A stretch of DNA of 64,000 bases from the human T2T-CHM13v2.0 reference genome, Homo sapiens, in the NCBI RefSeq assembly GCF_009914755.1, contig NC_060947.1, one strand, 5' to 3'. Positions 60,743-64,000 of the stretch are shown here, one piece after another. Made by a program: the position numbers and the translations under genes. The notes under the pieces are model-generated. The model saw only the letters and a list, made by a program, of their open reading frames with translations, ran no database searches and had not been told where the DNA came from. Each line of letters starts with the position of its first letter. Position 1 is the stretch's first letter.

Positions 60743-63162
60743 TTACTCATTCATCAGTTTAGAACAATATCTAACTTTAATTGGAATGAATTTCAGTGTA
60801 AATTAAACAATTGCAGCAAAAAAGGAGATATCCATAACTAAATCCACAGTGGAAGACAACTAATGAGAATGCATAGAGAGCTAAAGAATACAGAACTACA
60901 TCAGTCACAGGGAAGTATTCAAAAATTGTGAAACTTTACAAGTTTGTTTTTCATATCTTGGCTTCAAATTTGTGTTGCTTTCCTCCACAAGGGATTTCAA
61001 GAGATGTTTCAGAGAACTTTAAAACTTTCAATAATGTTTTAAATACCTGGGGAATAAAAACAAAACCAACAGTAATAATGTTGGAGGAGGAGGCAGTGGA
61101 AAGGAACAGAGAATAGGAGCAAAAAGAAAAAGATGTTAACATCCTTAGGTGCTACAATGGCTGATTCATCTGTAGTCTCCTATTATAAAATCTTATGTGG
61201 ATTTGGGAGTAAGCCCCTTACTACCCCTTCCCACCCCCATGCCATTCCTATCACTAGTCTTTTTGGGGAAGAGGCTGTCATTGACAAGTCCCTACTTTTG
61301 CCATACTGTTCTCTACAGTTTCTAAATTCTATTAAAATGAAGGATTGTATGATAATTCTGTTAATATTTTTATTCTTGAAATATTTCAGCTCTGCCATGT
61401 ATTATCAATATGGCCTTATCTTTAAAATGAGGATGATAATAATACTGGCATCAAGGCATGCTTTGAGAATTAAAAGAGTCAACCCAAATATGGGACCTCA
61501 AATATAGCCTTTAGCAAGCAGAGGCTAGCTCATAGAGCATGCTTGATAAATGGCAATCCTCATTGATAAAGCTCATTCAATGGAATCACTTATTTTTAAA
61601 CTGTAGTTTAACCAGATATGGGATCTTACTATCCAATTGAACCTAGGAAATACAAATGATTATAGGCACAGCCTTTCCTTGGCTTTGTTTAGAATAGTTA
61701 CAGAAATAGACTAATATTTTGGAATTTCATATGTTGATAGATTCAAGTAATTTGAATGGGAAAGAGGCAGGAGAGAAATTATTATTATTTTTTCCAGTCC
61801 TGAAATTTTTCAAAGCATTTTAATATTCTCAAAGTAGGAAGCCTGATTAGCCTTATCTTCATCAGTTCTTTATACACATCCCTATATCACTAACATTTTT
61901 TCTTATCCCATTCAACCTTCCAGTCCACTTGTAAGGCTACTTAAAAGATGCTAGATTAAAGAATGGTTTGTGTCATCCTCCCATGTCTTTGACATCTCCA
62001 TTTTTCTTGAACCTACAGGGGTAAGTGAGCACTGCATGACAATATTGAGAGAATAGATATCTTTTTTTCACACCTGTCTCTTCAAGTGTGTGATTCTGCT
62101 TATCTCTTTGTGACATTTCAGTGGTATAGTTTCTGCAAACATGATTTTATCAGGACTTTGCTTTCTGCTTTAGACTTGAAAGTGAATTTCTTTTGGGATA
62201 GTTACATCTTACTTGTTCAAGGTGTGAAACATAAAACGATATCTGATTTTTCAGTGTTCTACTGATACACAATAATTCTAAACTGAAGCAATATGGTACT
62301 CTTGCCTCCTGCTTTTATCTTAGAAGAATGAAAATTGAATATTTGGGTTAAGTTAATATACACAATACGTGGATTACTAAAGTTATTACATTTTCAATAT
62401 CTTATAGTGCAGTAATACATATTTTAACAATAAAGCTCTTAGGAGAGTCACAGTGTAGGGAAGTTATCTTATCTTTACAACAATAACCATTATGTATTGC
62501 TCTAACATGACTTTGGTTTAATTGTACTTTCTGACCATCTGGGTAACAAAAATTATTCTTATTGGATTGGACCAAGTGAATATTTGATCAAGAACAACTT
62601 TAATTTTCAGCATTTTTTTCAAAATTACTAGGGAAATGTAATTGTAAACATATTTTTATAAATTATATTTTATTTCCTATTCTGAGATTATAAAGTTAAC
62701 TTTTCAATTTCTTATTAACAGGGTGTTGAGAAGCCAGATTCCACATTAAGCCACTTAAATATTCTGTGGGTGGACTACAGCAGGAGGTGGAGGAGCTCCC
62801 ATGTTTCTGAAGATAGTTTGAGATAATATTGTGGGTGGTGAAGGGGAGGGTACTTACAGTGTGTGGAGTCACGGACTCAGCAAGAATGTAATCCTGCTGG
62901 CTGCACCTTCTTTTCCTCACAGGGAATTCCAACAAAGCAAGAAGGGGTGAAGTGGCTGAGAAGGGCCAGTGCCAGTGGTATGTGACTCCAGGATCTACTC
63001 AAAGAAGTTTGCAGGTTCATTTGTAGACTCAATAGTTATTTTACTCACTAAGTTAAAGGATTTATGTATCCAATTTTAACAGATGCAATAAAAGTTATTT
63101 ACATTAATCTTTACCATATGTCCCTCTTATCCTTTACATTATTCTATACATTTAGAAATTTA

Positions 63163-63795
<633 letters not shown>

Positions 63796-64000
63796 TTAAC
63801 TTACATTGCATTTGTTCACTGTCTCCATTTCCTAAGTCATATTTTAGTAGATGATACCATGTAGTTTTGCATTTCTATCCAAATGCATTTTGCTTGGGAG
63901 ATTAGTTGTATGAAATATTCTAAGGGGGGCATAAAGAAGGTTCTTTGATGAAATAACTTTGGAACATGCTGCTTCTATGTCTCTTACATGGATATTCACA

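Overview
Human-type (primate) genomic DNA with no protein-coding exon that I can support; the ORF track is essentially Alu/LTR/L1 open frames and chance ORFs. The centre holds a promoter and a non-coding first exon on the + strand (~31408-32009, donor GG|GTAAGG), which I recognise from memory as exon 1 of IL1RAPL1 (Xp21; not database-verified). The right half is the start of its very large intron 1. The left ~25 kb is dense with nested retroelements: a full-length THE1D-type provirus inside an older ERVL element, solo LTRs, L1 fragments and 13 Alus. An 18 kb Alu-free zone surrounds the promoter. Most notable observations: (1) a near-perfect 70-bp inverted repeat of unique sequence, fused to a 16-bp inverted copy of promoter-proximal DNA, which looks like a multi-template-switch insertion; (2) a second templated insertion flanked by a 15-bp duplication; (3) an AmnSINE1-like ancient SINE remnant next to a POU octamer/MORE-like site; (4) five uORFs and a long pyrimidine tract in exon 1; (5) a head-to-head inverted Alu pair about 30 bp apart. 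I found no evidence of a new coding system. Repeat subfamily calls are by eye and their boundaries are approximate.
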